DNA of 64,000 nucleotides from Alphaproteobacteria bacterium (GTDB lineage Bacteria; Pseudomonadota; Alphaproteobacteria; UBA8366; GCA-2717185): contig JBBDQU010000073.1 in NCBI GenBank assembly GCA_040905865.1, positions 8,255 to 72,254 on the forward strand. The letters run 5' to 3'. Below the pieces are notes generated by a model. It saw only the letters and a list, made by a program, of their open reading frames with translations. It ran no database searches and had not been told where the DNA came from. Made by a program: the position numbers and the translations under genes. Below, piece after piece: positions 51,001 to 61,525 of this stretch. Numbering within the stretch: the stretch's first letter is position 1; each line of letters begins with the position of its first letter.

Positions 51001-51462
51001 TTAAACCTGCTCCGGTGCCTGAATGCGCGTTTCCGCCGGCGATTCGACGAAATTGTAACCGCCATGAACGAGATCGGATAGCGATACGGCTTCAAGCGCA
51101 TGGCGGATCGCGCCGTTGACTTTTTCCCAGCCGCCGCGAATGGGGCAGAGGCTGGCGACATTGCACTGTTCATCCGAGCCTTCGACGCAGGCGGTCAACG
51201 CGACCGGCCCTTCCAGCGCCTCCAGAATGACGGCAACCGAAATCGCTTCGGGCTGCCGCGACAGCGTGTAACCGCCATGCACGCCGCGATGCGATGTCAC
51301 AAGGTCGCTATGCGCCAGCGACTTCAGTATCTTGGATACGGTGGGCGCGGGCAGGCCCGTGGCCTCCGCCAGTCCGGGCGCAGTCACCAGTTCGTCCCGA
51401 TGGTGGGCCATCTGGGACAATATGACGACTCCATAGTCGATCATTCGGCTGAGTTTCAGCAC
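51001..51462 (-). CDS. Rrf2-family transcriptional regulator (IscR/SufR-like role)
   Basis: [11 protein letters not shown]...[10 protein letters not shown] wHTH and a 3-Cys cluster (C...C-x5-C: [17 protein letters not shown]). GTG start. Ends 2 nt before sufB. Confidence 0.85.
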   Translation of the reverse strand: MLKLSRMIDYGVVILSQMAHHRDELVTAPGLAEATGLPAPTVSKILKSLAHSDLVTSHRGVHGGYTLSRQPEAISVAVILEALEGPVALTACVEGSDEQCNVASLCPIRGGWEKVNGAIRHALEAVSLSDLVHGGYNFVESPAETRIQAPEQV

Positions 51463-51545
51463 GTCAGTTCCAATCCGTACTCAAATGGTGCGGATTAGAA
51501 AGTGTTTCATTCGACCCGTTATTTCAAGTGTAAACTGGATATAAT

Positions 51546-51682
51546 AGCACATCAGGTTTAATGGAAACCGCAACAGGTTCCCTTTAAACCTGTTAAAGTG
51601 CTATCTTTTCAATAAGATAAATCAAATTCACATGGTTGTTGGATCGCCAATGGCGATTCCAGCCAACCATGATCCGATCTAA
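51546..51682 (+). repeat. structured two-hairpin intergenic repeat, copy 3 of 3
   Basis: Same conserved blocks as copies 1 and 2. Lies between the tenA stop (51718) and the Rrf2-suf upstream region. Confidence 0.85.
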
Positions 51683-51717
51683 TTGGAGCATCCGGGAAAA
51701 TTCCCGTTTCAGCGGTG

Positions 51718-52392
51718 TCAGGCCGCCGCATTCAGCCCCATCTGCCAAAATCCGATCTCCAGGCGCGTCGCTTCCTCGAAGGTCTGCGCCAGGCGGTCGA
51801 ACCGGCCGGGCCCGCCGCGGCGTACCATCAGATCGTCGAGATGCGCCGCATGCGCCCAGGCGACTTCCTGATAATCCGCGGCGGCATAGGTATCGATCCA
51901 TTCCTGATAGGGATTTCCCGAAGAGGCGGGACCGCCGCCGCTTTTCAGCCACGCGCCCACTTCCGCATAGCCGACGATGCAGGGCGCCAGCGCCACCGCG
52001 AGGTCGAGCGCGTCGCCCGCCAGGCCCCGCTCCAGCACATAACGGGTATAGGCCATGTTCGCCGGGTCTTCCGGCATAGCGGCCATCGTCGCTTCATCGA
52101 CGCCCCAGCCCGCGCAGTAACCCACATGCAGCGCCATTTCGTTGACCGATATGTGGTGCAGCGCCCCCGCCGCCCGGCGCAGATCGGTCAGATTGTCAGC
52201 CTTGAAGGCCGCCAGCCCGTAGGCCCGGGAAAAATGGATCAGGAACAGATAATCCTGCTGCAGGTAATACCGGAAGGCCGGTTGCGGCAGGTCGCCCGCG
52301 CCCAGCCCGCGCACGAACGCATGCTGGATATACGCCTCCCATTGCGGGCGGCAGGATGCCTTCAGGCGGTCGAACAGTTCGTGGTTTGCCAT
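51718..52392 (-). CDS. tenA: TenA-family aminopyrimidine aminohydrolase (thiaminase II)
   Basis: YLQQDYLFL (Asp), LAPCIVGYAEVG (catalytic Cys) and LEIGFW (Glu) align with B. subtilis TenA residues as recalled. ATG at 52392. Confidence 0.8.
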   Translation of the reverse strand: MANHELFDRLKASCRPQWEAYIQHAFVRGLGAGDLPQPAFRYYLQQDYLFLIHFSRAYGLAAFKADNLTDLRRAAGALHHISVNEMALHVGYCAGWGVDEATMAAMPEDPANMAYTRYVLERGLAGDALDLAVALAPCIVGYAEVGAWLKSGGGPASSGNPYQEWIDTYAAADYQEVAWAHAAHLDDLMVRRGGPGRFDRLAQTFEEATRLEIGFWQMGLNAAA

Positions 52393-52394
52393 GG

Positions 52395-52727
52395 TTATGC
52401 CAGCAGGACGTTTCGGGTGGCCGACGGCAGGCGGACGACAAGACCGTCCAGATCCTCTGTGATCGTCACCTGGCAACCGAGCCGCGACGTGCGGGTCAGG
52501 CCGAAGGCCAGATCGAGCATGTCTTCCTCGTCGATGCCAGGTTCCGGCAGGCGGTCATACCAGGCCGGATCGACAATGACGTGGCAGGTCGAACAGGCCA
52601 TTGCGCCTTCGCAGGCGCCTTCGATATCGACATTATTGGCGTGCGCGATATCCAGTATGGACTTGCCCACCGGCGCGTTGACTTCCCGGGCAACGCCCTT
52701 GGGATCGATGAATGTCATTTTCGGCAT
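52395..52727 (-). CDS. fdx: adrenodoxin-type [2Fe-2S] ferredoxin
   Basis: C-x5-C-x2-C...C pattern ([14 protein letters not shown]...LGCQV). 110 aa. Confidence 0.88.
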   Translation of the reverse strand: MPKMTFIDPKGVAREVNAPVGKSILDIAHANNVDIEGACEGAMACSTCHVIVDPAWYDRLPEPGIDEEDMLDLAFGLTRTSRLGCQVTITEDLDGLVVRLPSATRNVLLA

Positions 52728-52730
52728 GCG

Positions 52731-53846
52731 TTACGCCGCCTCCGGGTCTTGGCGGGCCGTACGGCCGCGCAGGGAACGCAGGATATCGATCAGCCTGTCG
52801 CTGTCCGCATCGCTGTTGCCCGGGCCGAAGCTGATGCGGATCGCGCATTGCGCCATATCCGCCGCCACGCCCATCGCCTGCAGCACATGGCTTGTGGTGA
52901 CCTTGCCGGACGAGCAGGCCGATCCCGCGCTCACCGCAATCCCGGCGAGATCCAGCGCCATGATCTGGGTTTCCGCCCGCATCCCGGGGATGGCGACGCA
53001 ACTGGTATTGTCCAGCCGCGGCGCGCCGGCGCCGAACACGACCGCATCGGGAAACGCCCGGAGCAGCCGGGCTTCCATGCGGTCGCGCATTTTCGCCATC
53101 GCGGCATTCCCGTCGGCCTGTTCGCGCGCCAGCCTGGCGGCGACCCCGAACCCGACGATTCCGGCCATGTTCTCCGTTCCCGCGCGCCGGCCCCGCTCCT
53201 GGCCGCCGCCCCGGATCACGGGGCTTAGCGGCACGTCCCGGCCCAGCACCAGCGCGCCGATACCCTGCGGTCCGCCGATCTTGTGCGCCGACACGGTCGC
53301 CATTGCCATCGGGTAGCGGTCCAGCGGCAGCCGCCCCGCCGCCTGCACCATGTCGCTGTGCAGAATGCCGCCGGCCTGTTCGACGATCCCGGCAATGTCG
53401 TCCAGCGGCTGGACAGCACCGGTTTCGTTATTCGCCAGCATGACGGAGACCAGCGCCGGTTCCCCATCCGCCGCCATCATCCCGGCCAGCCGGTCGATAT
53501 CGACAATGCCCGCCGCCGTCACCGGCGCGATTTCGGCGCCGTCCGCCGCCTGCAGCACGGACAAATGCTCAATCGCGGAGACAATGATGCGCTTGCGGCC
53601 GGCGCCGCGAAGGGCAAGATTGTTCGCCTCCGTTCCCCCCCCCGTGAACACGACATTCTGCGGGGGCGCGCCCAGCAACGCCGCGACCTCCGCCCGCGCC
53701 GTCTCCACCAGCTGCCGCTGGCGGCGGCCGAAACGGTGCACGGAAGACGCGTTGCCGGTCTGGCGCAGCGCCGCCATCATGGCATCCGCCACGGCTTCCC
53801 GGACCGGCGCTGTGGCGTTATGGTCAAGGTAGATTTCGTTATTCAT
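52731..53846 (-). CDS. cysteine desulfurase (NifS/IscS class I)
   Basis: YLDHNATAP N-terminus, SAHKIGGPQGIGAL (PLP-Lys), SAGSACSSG (catalytic Cys). Confidence 0.88.
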   Translation of the reverse strand: MNNEIYLDHNATAPVREAVADAMMAALRQTGNASSVHRFGRRQRQLVETARAEVAALLGAPPQNVVFTGGGTEANNLALRGAGRKRIIVSAIEHLSVLQAADGAEIAPVTAAGIVDIDRLAGMMAADGEPALVSVMLANNETGAVQPLDDIAGIVEQAGGILHSDMVQAAGRLPLDRYPMAMATVSAHKIGGPQGIGALVLGRDVPLSPVIRGGGQERGRRAGTENMAGIVGFGVAARLAREQADGNAAMAKMRDRMEARLLRAFPDAVVFGAGAPRLDNTSCVAIPGMRAETQIMALDLAGIAVSAGSACSSGKVTTSHVLQAMGVAADMAQCAIRISFGPGNSDADSDRLIDILRSLRGRTARQDPEAA

Positions 53847-53944
53847 GCATAGCCGGATGCCCGGCGCCTTTCGTGTTTAGCCGCACCATGCGACCCATGT
53901 TTTCAGTTGAAGGCAAATCGGCAGCAGCGGGCGCGCGGCGACAG

Positions 53945-54694
53945 CTATTTGTCGGCCATTGGCGTTGCGCGATCTTCGCGGGATTCGTAGTCCAGCGTCC
54001 CGGTCCCCTGCACCGAACCCAATTGCCTTTCAAGCTCGTCGATCCGGACCTTCAGCGTTGTTACCTGATCCATCAGCCCGTCCATCGCACGGATTATCGG
54101 ATCCGGCACGTCACCCAGGGGCGTGCCATATGGCGCAAAGGCATCCTGCTCCGTCGCCGCCGGACGCGCCAGGGCGCGCCCCGGTATGCCGACGACCGTT
54201 GCGCCGGCCGGCACGTTTTTCGTGACAACGGCGTTCGCGCCAATTCTGGCGCCTTTTCCCACTTTGATCGGTCCCAGGACATTCGCACCGGAGCCGACGA
54301 TGACGCAGTCCTCAAGGGTCGGATGCCGTTTCAGGTTGCGCTGGCTGTCGGAATCCACCGACGGCGCGACGCCCCCAAGCGTCACGTCATGATACAGCGT
54401 CACGTCGTTGCCGATTTCGGCGGTTTCGCCGATAACGACACCCATCCCGTGATCGATGAAAAGCCGTTGGCCGATGCGGGCGCCCGGATGGATTTCAATA
54501 CCGGTCAGGAACCGGCCGATATGGGACACCATCCGCGCCAGAATGCGCCATTCGCGCCGCCACAACCGGCTGGACAGACGATGCAGCATAACGGCATGGA
54601 AACCCGGATAGCAGGTCACGACCTCCAGCGCCGATCGGGCGGCCGGGTCGCGGGCCATGATCCCGCGGATTTCCTCGCGAATCGTTTTGAACAT
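53945..54694 (-). CDS. cysE: serine O-acetyltransferase
   Basis: N-terminal SATase helix region ([21 protein letters not shown]) and hexapeptide repeats ([28 protein letters not shown]). Confidence 0.9.
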   Translation of the reverse strand: MFKTIREEIRGIMARDPAARSALEVVTCYPGFHAVMLHRLSSRLWRREWRILARMVSHIGRFLTGIEIHPGARIGQRLFIDHGMGVVIGETAEIGNDVTLYHDVTLGGVAPSVDSDSQRNLKRHPTLEDCVIVGSGANVLGPIKVGKGARIGANAVVTKNVPAGATVVGIPGRALARPAATEQDAFAPYGTPLGDVPDPIIRAMDGLMDQVTTLKVRIDELERQLGSVQGTGTLDYESREDRATPMADK

Positions 54695-54900
54695 CGGCTT
54701 CCATGCTTATGCTATTAAGGGGCCGCTTTCGATTCACGAACCCGGTTGAAATTCAGGATATATGGCGCCATGTAGTACAGTCAAGAACAGTAGATTAAGT
54801 TTCCCTTTTTCGAACAAAGGCTTGTCTCACTATTACTTGATTTAATCGAAAAACAGGCTTAACAGCCCTTATCTGCGGCCCGGCGCCATTTGGAGAACAC

Positions 54901-55557
54901 ATGCCCGAAATTACCATAAACGGACCCGAAGGTCGCATCGAAGCCCGATATCTGGCCGCTAAAGTGCCGAATGCGCCAATCGCCCTGTTTCTGCATCCGC
55001 ACCCGCTGCATGGCGGCACGATGAACAACAAGGTCGTCTATTCGCTTTATCAGACATTTCTGGCGCGGGGGTTTTCGTGCCTGCGGTTCAATTTCCGGGG
55101 GGTCGGCCGGTCGCAGGGAACGTTTTCCCGAGGTGAAGGAGAGATGTCCGATGCGGCGGCGGCGCTTGACTGGCTGCAGGCGAACAACCAGGATTCGCCG
55201 CAATGCTGGATCGCGGGATTTTCCTTCGGCGCCTGGATCGGCATGCAACTGCTGATGCGCCGGCCCGAAATTACCGGCTTTATCTCTGTCGCGCCGCCGG
55301 CGAACATGTATGACTTTTCGTTTCTGGCGCCCTGCCCCGCCTCCGGTCTGGTTGTCCAGGGCGACAAGGATGAGATCGTCCCCGCCGATTCCGTACAGAA
55401 GCTGATCGACAAACTGCGCCAGCAAAAGGGCGTAACCATCAGCCATGAAATCGTGCCGGGCGCGAACCATTTTTTCAACGGTCACATGGATGAACTGGTC
55501 GGGCATGTCGGCAGCTACATCGACACCGCCATGATGGAAAAAAGCCCGGCCGAGTGA
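54901..55557 (+). CDS. alpha/beta-fold hydrolase (218 aa)
   Basis: HPHPLHGGTMNNKV, nucleophile-elbow-like GFSFGA, and a late D/H region. Confidence 0.7.
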   Translation: MPEITINGPEGRIEARYLAAKVPNAPIALFLHPHPLHGGTMNNKVVYSLYQTFLARGFSCLRFNFRGVGRSQGTFSRGEGEMSDAAAALDWLQANNQDSPQCWIAGFSFGAWIGMQLLMRRPEITGFISVAPPANMYDFSFLAPCPASGLVVQGDKDEIVPADSVQKLIDKLRQQKGVTISHEIVPGANHFFNGHMDELVGHVGSYIDTAMMEKSPAE

Positions 55558-55614
55558 ATTACTTCAGGATAACCGTGGCGCGGCCATCGTGATCCTATTC
55601 CGGATTCGCGTGAT

Positions 55615-56715
55615 CTATAGAAGCGCCGGGTCAAGGCGCCCGCCGGTCAGCGGCTTCGACACACCTGTCGTCGCCGGATAGGTCAGCGCCATACCGCGAA
55701 GCGACCGTACCGCCAGATAGGCAAAGGCCTGCGCTTCCAGCGCGTCGCCGTCCCATGACGCCGCTTCGACCGGTGCGACCGGCTGCTTCAGCGTCCTGGC
55801 CAGCAACTTCATAATATAGGGATTGTGGCGGCCGCCGCCGCAGACCAGCCACCGTCTGGCGGGCGACGGAAAATGCGCCGCCGCGCGCGCCACCGCATGC
55901 GCCGTGAACGCCGCCAGCGTGGCCGCCCCGTCCGCCGGGGAAAGCGCCGCGACCGGCGACGCGCTGAACGCATTGCGGTCCAGCGATTTCGGCGGTCGGC
56001 GGTCGAAATAAGGATTGTCCAGCAGGGCGGCCAGCGCCGCAGGGTCAATTACCCCCGATGCCGCCAGCCTGCCGTCGGCGTCCAGCGGTTCGCCGGTATG
56101 CGTCAGGCACCAGTCATCGACCATCGCATTCCCCGGCCCGGTATCGAAGGCGATCAGTTCCCCCGCCGGGCCGATCCACGTCACATTGGCGACGCCGCCG
56201 ATATTGAGAATGGCGACCGGCCGCGCCTCATCGGCCGCCAGCGCCGCGTGATACACCGGCGCCAGCGGCGCCCCTTCCCCGCCGGCCGCAACATCGGCGG
56301 CGCGGAAATCCGAGACAACATCGATTTCACTGGCCACCGCCAGCAGCGCCCCGTCGCCGATCTGCCAGGTTATGCCCGCTTCGGGGCGATGCAGGATCGT
56401 CTGTCCGTGAAATCCGATGACCCGAACCTCATCGGGCGGAATTTTCAGTTGCTGCAGCAGCGCCTCGACCGCCGCCGCATGGGCCAGTGTCATCGCGCGT
56501 TCGATCGCATCCACGCCCGGCAACATTTCAGCAAGCGCCACGGTCCGGCGCAGCGCATCGCGCAGCGCCGGCTCGTAGGCGACGCTCAGCGTGCCGCGTG
56601 GCTCGACGACCCTGTCGCCATCGGTCCAGAGCAGGGCGGCGTCGATACCGTCCATTGAGGTCCCGCTCATCAGGCCGAGCGCCAGCACCGGCTGCTGTAA
56701 ATCCATATCCGTCAT
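55615..56715 (-). CDS. anmK: anhydro-N-acetylmuramic acid kinase
   Basis: GLMSGTSMDGIDAAL N-terminal motif and NIGGVANV block. Start is uncertain (ATG 56715 or 56706); the track ORF to 56841 would overlap tyrS. Confidence 0.88.
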   Translation of the reverse strand: MTDMDLQQPVLALGLMSGTSMDGIDAALLWTDGDRVVEPRGTLSVAYEPALRDALRRTVALAEMLPGVDAIERAMTLAHAAAVEALLQQLKIPPDEVRVIGFHGQTILHRPEAGITWQIGDGALLAVASEIDVVSDFRAADVAAGGEGAPLAPVYHAALAADEARPVAILNIGGVANVTWIGPAGELIAFDTGPGNAMVDDWCLTHTGEPLDADGRLAASGVIDPAALAALLDNPYFDRRPPKSLDRNAFSASPVAALSPADGAATLAAFTAHAVARAAAHFPSPARRWLVCGGGRHNPYIMKLLARTLKQPVAPVEAASWDGDALEAQAFAYLAVRSLRGMALTYPATTGVSKPLTGGRLDPALL

Positions 56716-56788
56716 ATCCGCAGTATACACCGGTTTGTCGCCATCGTGCGATTGTGATACATGACCGCCGCGTAAACGGAACGGAAAC

Positions 56789-58042
56789 ATGACACAGTCG
56801 AAATCGGAATTCCTGCGGGCCGCCAGCGATCGCGGCTTCATTCACCAGTGCACGGACAGCGCGGCGCTGGACGCCCTTGCCGCGAAAGGGATCGTCACCG
56901 CCTATATCGGCTTCGACGCCACCGCCGATTCGCTGCATGCCGGCAGCCTGGTGCCGATCATGCTGCTGCGCCTGTTGCAACGCACAGGGCACCGGCCAGT
57001 CGTCCTGATGGGCGGCGGCACGACGAAAATTGGCGATCCGTCCGGCAAGGACACCCAGCGCCAACTGCTGACCGAAGACCAGATCGCCGCGAATATCGCC
57101 GGCATCCGCGGCGTCTTCGAAAAATTCCTGACCTTCGGCGACGGGCCGACCGACGCGATCATGGTCAATAATGCGGACTGGCTCGACCGCCTTTCCTATA
57201 TCGACTTCCTGCGCGACTACGGCCGGCATTTTTCGGTGAACCGGATGCTGGGATTCGATTCGATCAAGCTGCGGCTGGAGCGCGAGCAGCCGCTTTCCTT
57301 TCTGGAATTCAATTACATGGTGCTGCAGTCCTACGACTTCCTGGAACTGGCCCGGCGCCACGATTGCCGGTTGCAGATGGGCGGTTCCGACCAGTGGGGC
57401 AATATCGTCAGTGGCGTCGATCTCGGCCGGCGGATAGACCAGACGGAATTGTTTGGGCTGACGACGCCCCTGCTGACGACCGCCAGCGGCGCCAAGATGG
57501 GCAAGACCGCGTCCGGCGCGATCTGGCTGAACGCGGACCGCCTGTCCGCCTATGATTACTGGCAGTACTGGCGCAACACCCATGACGACGATGTCGGCCG
57601 CTTCCTGCGCCTGTTCACCGACCTGCCGCTCGACGAAATCGCCCGGCTGGAATCGCTGGATGGCGCGGAACTGAACGACGCCAAGAAGACGCTCGCCAAC
57701 GAAGCGACGGCGCTGTGCCACGGGAAACCTGCGGCACAGGCGGCTGCGGAAACCGCCCGCAGGACATTCGAGGAAGGCGCCATCGGCGGGGATTTGCCGC
57801 GGGTCGATATTCCACGGGGTGAAATCGAGGCAGGCATTCTCGCCTACGAACTTATGCAGCGCCTGTCCCTCGCCGCCAGCAACGGCGAAGCCCGCCGGCT
57901 GATCAGGGGCGGCGGCGCGCGGCTGAACGACACGCGGATCGCGGACGAAAAAGCGCTCGTCACGATGGCCGATATCAACGCCGAAGGGGTCATAAAACTG
58001 TCGGCGGGCCGCAAACGCCACGCCCTGGCCTGCCCCGTATAA
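56789..58042 (+). CDS. tyrS: tyrosine--tRNA ligase
   Basis: [14 protein letters not shown] (HIGH-like), KMGKT (KMSKS), and a C-terminal S4-like domain. Confidence 0.95.
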   Translation: MTQSKSEFLRAASDRGFIHQCTDSAALDALAAKGIVTAYIGFDATADSLHAGSLVPIMLLRLLQRTGHRPVVLMGGGTTKIGDPSGKDTQRQLLTEDQIAANIAGIRGVFEKFLTFGDGPTDAIMVNNADWLDRLSYIDFLRDYGRHFSVNRMLGFDSIKLRLEREQPLSFLEFNYMVLQSYDFLELARRHDCRLQMGGSDQWGNIVSGVDLGRRIDQTELFGLTTPLLTTASGAKMGKTASGAIWLNADRLSAYDYWQYWRNTHDDDVGRFLRLFTDLPLDEIARLESLDGAELNDAKKTLANEATALCHGKPAAQAAAETARRTFEEGAIGGDLPRVDIPRGEIEAGILAYELMQRLSLAASNGEARRLIRGGGARLNDTRIADEKALVTMADINAEGVIKLSAGRKRHALACPV

Positions 58043-58054
58043 AACAGATCGTGA

Positions 58055-61000
58055 TCAATCGGCGCTGGACGGCACATCCTTGTCGGCAATCGGCTTGGCG
58101 TTGCCGCCGATAAGATTGCGCAGGAATCCCGGCGCCAGGGCCGAAAGCGGGTTTACCGAAACCTCCGGATTTTCGAGACTGCCCGATAGCGCATAATTGG
58201 CCGCGAACACGCCTTCGCTTTTTCCGCCGGTCAGGATATGTCCCAGGATCGGAATTTTTCCCAGCACCTGATTGATCGTGTAGGCGGGGACGATCGTGCC
58301 GTCGAGCCGAACCACATTCGAACCGGTGAAGATGACCCCCTCCGTCGTTATCCCGAGCGAGGAACCGAAGGCCCTTGTATCGCTCACCTCAAGGACGCCG
58401 CCGTAATAACGGAATTCGCCATTGAGGGCCACGAAGTCCAGCCCGGTCTGGTTCAACGCCGAAAAAATCCCCGTCAGCGACAGGACCTGGAGGATCCGGG
58501 CCAGCGCGGGAGCGTCGCTGACCTTGAACTCCCGAAGCGAAAAAACGCCCGCCATCGGCGCGCCCGGCGCCGTCTGTTTGCCAGTGATGCGCAGCTTGCC
58601 GCTACTGACCCGCCTGGTCCATCCCAGCGCCCGCAAGGCGTCACCGCCGTTATCTGTTGCGATGGTCATGCTACGGCCGGCGCCGTCCGGCCGGTACTGC
58701 ATCGTCAGGCGGTCGCCACCGCCAATTGCGGAATCCACATCGACTTGCCGCCAGTCCGCGTCAGTGCCGTCGAGCACAGCCCGAACGTCCCGTAAAATCT
58801 GGCCGTCCCCCAGGTGGACTTCCGCGATATTGACGTCGATCCGCAGGGGTATCGCTTCGCCCGCCGCCCGCATATCCACCTCGTCGTCGGACTGCAAGAA
58901 CGGTTCGACGTCCAGGCGTGGTCCGGACAGCGCGATATCGTAGCCGCCGCCGTCCCGGAAACCGATGCGGCCTGTCAGACTGTTACCGGCGAACTGCAGG
59001 TCGCGGAATTCCAGCAGTTTCAGCCCCCTGGCGTCGTCGGTCATTTCGGCGCGCGCATTCACACGCAAGTCGCCGGCGGAAATTTTCAACGTCTCGATCA
59101 CCGTGTCGCCGCCGGGCGGGGTCACCGCGAACGCGGTCAGCATGGCAGGGATGCCGGGCGGTTTGCGCCAGTGGATGAAGGGGAACTCCAGCGACCCGCG
59201 TTTCAGGTCCGCCGTCACAATGACCTCGCGCCGGCCGTCGAACGGCATCGTCACCCGCACATCGGTCGGAACCTCCCCATCGAGGAACGTCAGCCCGGAG
59301 AATCCCAGCACGCGCCGGGCCTCGTTGCCCAGCAGTCCCGATACATTCACCTGGCGCTGGAACTCCCTTGTACCGCCGAAGTTTTCCCGCCAGTCGATCT
59401 TGACCGGAACGCCGGCAAAACTGGCGGTCCCCGCCGCCGTGATGCCCTGCCCGGTCACCTTCAGCTCCAGCGCGCCCTGCCGCATCGCCAGCCCCAGCGG
59501 CCCCCGGTTGATCGCCACATCGCGCAATGTCGCGCCGGCCGCGATGGCGATCTGTTCGACCTTGAGGTCATTCAGCAGCGGAAACTCAAGTACAATCCGC
59601 GCCGCCGTCGCGCCGGTAATGGCTTTTGCATCCAGGCCGATATTGCTGAGGAATTCCAGCGGCTTGCTGTCCAGCACGGTCAGTGCCGTCTGCAACGGGC
59701 CCCGAATCGTCCCGTCGATGGCGATTTTCGGATCGTAGCCGCTGATATCCGTTATAAGAACCCTGCCCGAATCCACCCGAAGGTCGCGCAGCGCACCGCC
59801 GCGGACGGCGACATCGAACTGGTCCGCGGTAAAGGTCATGTCGGCCCGGCCATTGGTGATTTTGGGCAACGGGTGATAATAGTCCACGGACAGGCCTTCG
59901 ACGGTGATGCCGCCATGCAGCGACTCCACCGTGACGCCGATTTCGTTCGCGCCGTCTTCCGCCGGCTTTGAATACCGGGCCACGAGACTCAGGCTCGCAT
60001 CGCTCACCTGGCCGTCGGTCAGGTTCAGCAGGACCCAGCGCCGCGCGCTCTCCGCCGCCGCCGGCGGCCAGTATTGCCGGATATCGTTCGTGGGCACCCC
60101 GGTCGCGCGCGCACCGTAGCGCAGGCTCCAGTCGGCGCCATGCTTCGTCGCGACGGCGTTCATCGCCAGGCTGCCCTGCGTCAGGTCGACGACCGCTTCG
60201 GATACCCTTATCTGGTCGCCGTCATCCGTAACTATGGCTTTCAGTCGGATTCCCGCCACCGCAACCGGGTCGGGCAGCAGTTTCGCCACCCGCACCGACC
60301 CGCCGCCCCCGGTCACGTCTATGGTCATCGTGTCGATGAATCCATCCACCGCGCCAGCCAGTTCCATGGTACCGCTGAACGCCAGATCGGCCTCCACCCA
60401 TTCGGCGATTTCCGGTACTGCATCGGTCGCCATGGCGGTCGGCAGGTTTTCGAAGGAAACCCGCGCGGCATAACCGTACGCCTCCGAGTCCAGGCTGAGC
60501 ATTCCGTTGAATTCGCTCGTTTCCGTGGCGACGTCGAACTGGACCGAGCGCAAGGTACCGTCCGCGGCAGCCCGCAGGTCCACAGTGCCATTCACCCGAT
60601 AACGCGCCGCTGCCAGGCGTTGCACCGGCGGGATGTCGATCCCGGTCAGGAACGGCGCCGAATCGAGGTCTGAAAAATCGAGTCGGGCCAGGAATTCCGT
60701 TGTATCCCGCCGGAATTCCGCGATACCGGCAATGCGGCTGTTTTCGCCGTCCTGCGCCAGTTCGAGTACGAAATCCGCGCCGATCCCGGCGGTATTGCGA
60801 ACCATGGTGATATCGGCGCTCGGCGCGTGCCAGACCCGGTTCAGCCTGTGATCCCGCAGCGTCAGATCCGCGTCGACGATCCCGACCCGCCGAAGGTATC
60901 CGAACGACCGCGTCAGGTCAGGCGTCGACAGCAGTTCCGTGACCAGCCCGGAAAGCACAGCGTCCTCGCCAGGCTGGTTTTCTCCTGCCGCGCCGCTGGC

Positions 61001-61411
61001 CAGGCTCGCGGCATAGTTGCCGTCGCTGTGGCGAACCACCGAAACTTCCGGCGCCTGAATTTCGATATAGGTCGGCGCGAGCAGTCCGCGCATCATGGCG
61101 CGGAGCGAAAACCCGAGCGAAACCTGCGGTAGCGTCGCAATGACCTTCCGCTCGAAATCCAGAACGCGCAGATTGGTGACCCGCACATCGACGGCGCGTT
61201 CCCATCCCGCCCATACAAGAACCGTATCGTCGATTTCCACGGCGACGGTACTGTCACGCAGCGAGAGCGCGTCTTCGATATAGGGGTTCAGAAATGTCAC
61301 CGTGATAGGCCCGGTCGACAGCCACCACCAGCCGACCAGCGCAAGGATCATGGCGCCCGCTGCCAGGCCGGCCAGAAACTCCAGAAAAATGCGTGCGCCG
61401 CGACGGATCAC
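58055..61411 (-). CDS. large AsmA/YhdP-like envelope protein (1118 aa)
   Basis: Single N-terminal TM anchor (FLAGLAAGAMILALVGWWWL) followed by a long beta-rich, low-Cys sequence. Family call rests on size, architecture and recollection only. Confidence 0.6.
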   Translation of the reverse strand: MIRRGARIFLEFLAGLAAGAMILALVGWWWLSTGPITVTFLNPYIEDALSLRDSTVAVEIDDTVLVWAGWERAVDVRVTNLRVLDFERKVIATLPQVSLGFSLRAMMRGLLAPTYIEIQAPEVSVVRHSDGNYAASLASGAAGENQPGEDAVLSGLVTELLSTPDLTRSFGYLRRVGIVDADLTLRDHRLNRVWHAPSADITMVRNTAGIGADFVLELAQDGENSRIAGIAEFRRDTTEFLARLDFSDLDSAPFLTGIDIPPVQRLAAARYRVNGTVDLRAAADGTLRSVQFDVATETSEFNGMLSLDSEAYGYAARVSFENLPTAMATDAVPEIAEWVEADLAFSGTMELAGAVDGFIDTMTIDVTGGGGSVRVAKLLPDPVAVAGIRLKAIVTDDGDQIRVSEAVVDLTQGSLAMNAVATKHGADWSLRYGARATGVPTNDIRQYWPPAAAESARRWVLLNLTDGQVSDASLSLVARYSKPAEDGANEIGVTVESLHGGITVEGLSVDYYHPLPKITNGRADMTFTADQFDVAVRGGALRDLRVDSGRVLITDISGYDPKIAIDGTIRGPLQTALTVLDSKPLEFLSNIGLDAKAITGATAARIVLEFPLLNDLKVEQIAIAAGATLRDVAINRGPLGLAMRQGALELKVTGQGITAAGTASFAGVPVKIDWRENFGGTREFQRQVNVSGLLGNEARRVLGFSGLTFLDGEVPTDVRVTMPFDGRREVIVTADLKRGSLEFPFIHWRKPPGIPAMLTAFAVTPPGGDTVIETLKISAGDLRVNARAEMTDDARGLKLLEFRDLQFAGNSLTGRIGFRDGGGYDIALSGPRLDVEPFLQSDDEVDMRAAGEAIPLRIDVNIAEVHLGDGQILRDVRAVLDGTDADWRQVDVDSAIGGGDRLTMQYRPDGAGRSMTIATDNGGDALRALGWTRRVSSGKLRITGKQTAPGAPMAGVFSLREFKVSDAPALARILQVLSLTGIFSALNQTGLDFVALNGEFRYYGGVLEVSDTRAFGSSLGITTEGVIFTGSNVVRLDGTIVPAYTINQVLGKIPILGHILTGGKSEGVFAANYALSGSLENPEVSVNPLSALAPGFLRNLIGGNAKPIADKDVPSSAD

Positions 61412-61525
61412 GATGGGTGTCGTTTGCTCGGGTATGACATATAGTTACATCGCATAGTTCAATTCGCGCCTGCTAGAGCAAATCATGGCTGACCTGCACT
61501 GGCGCCCTTAAATGTGATCTCGCCC

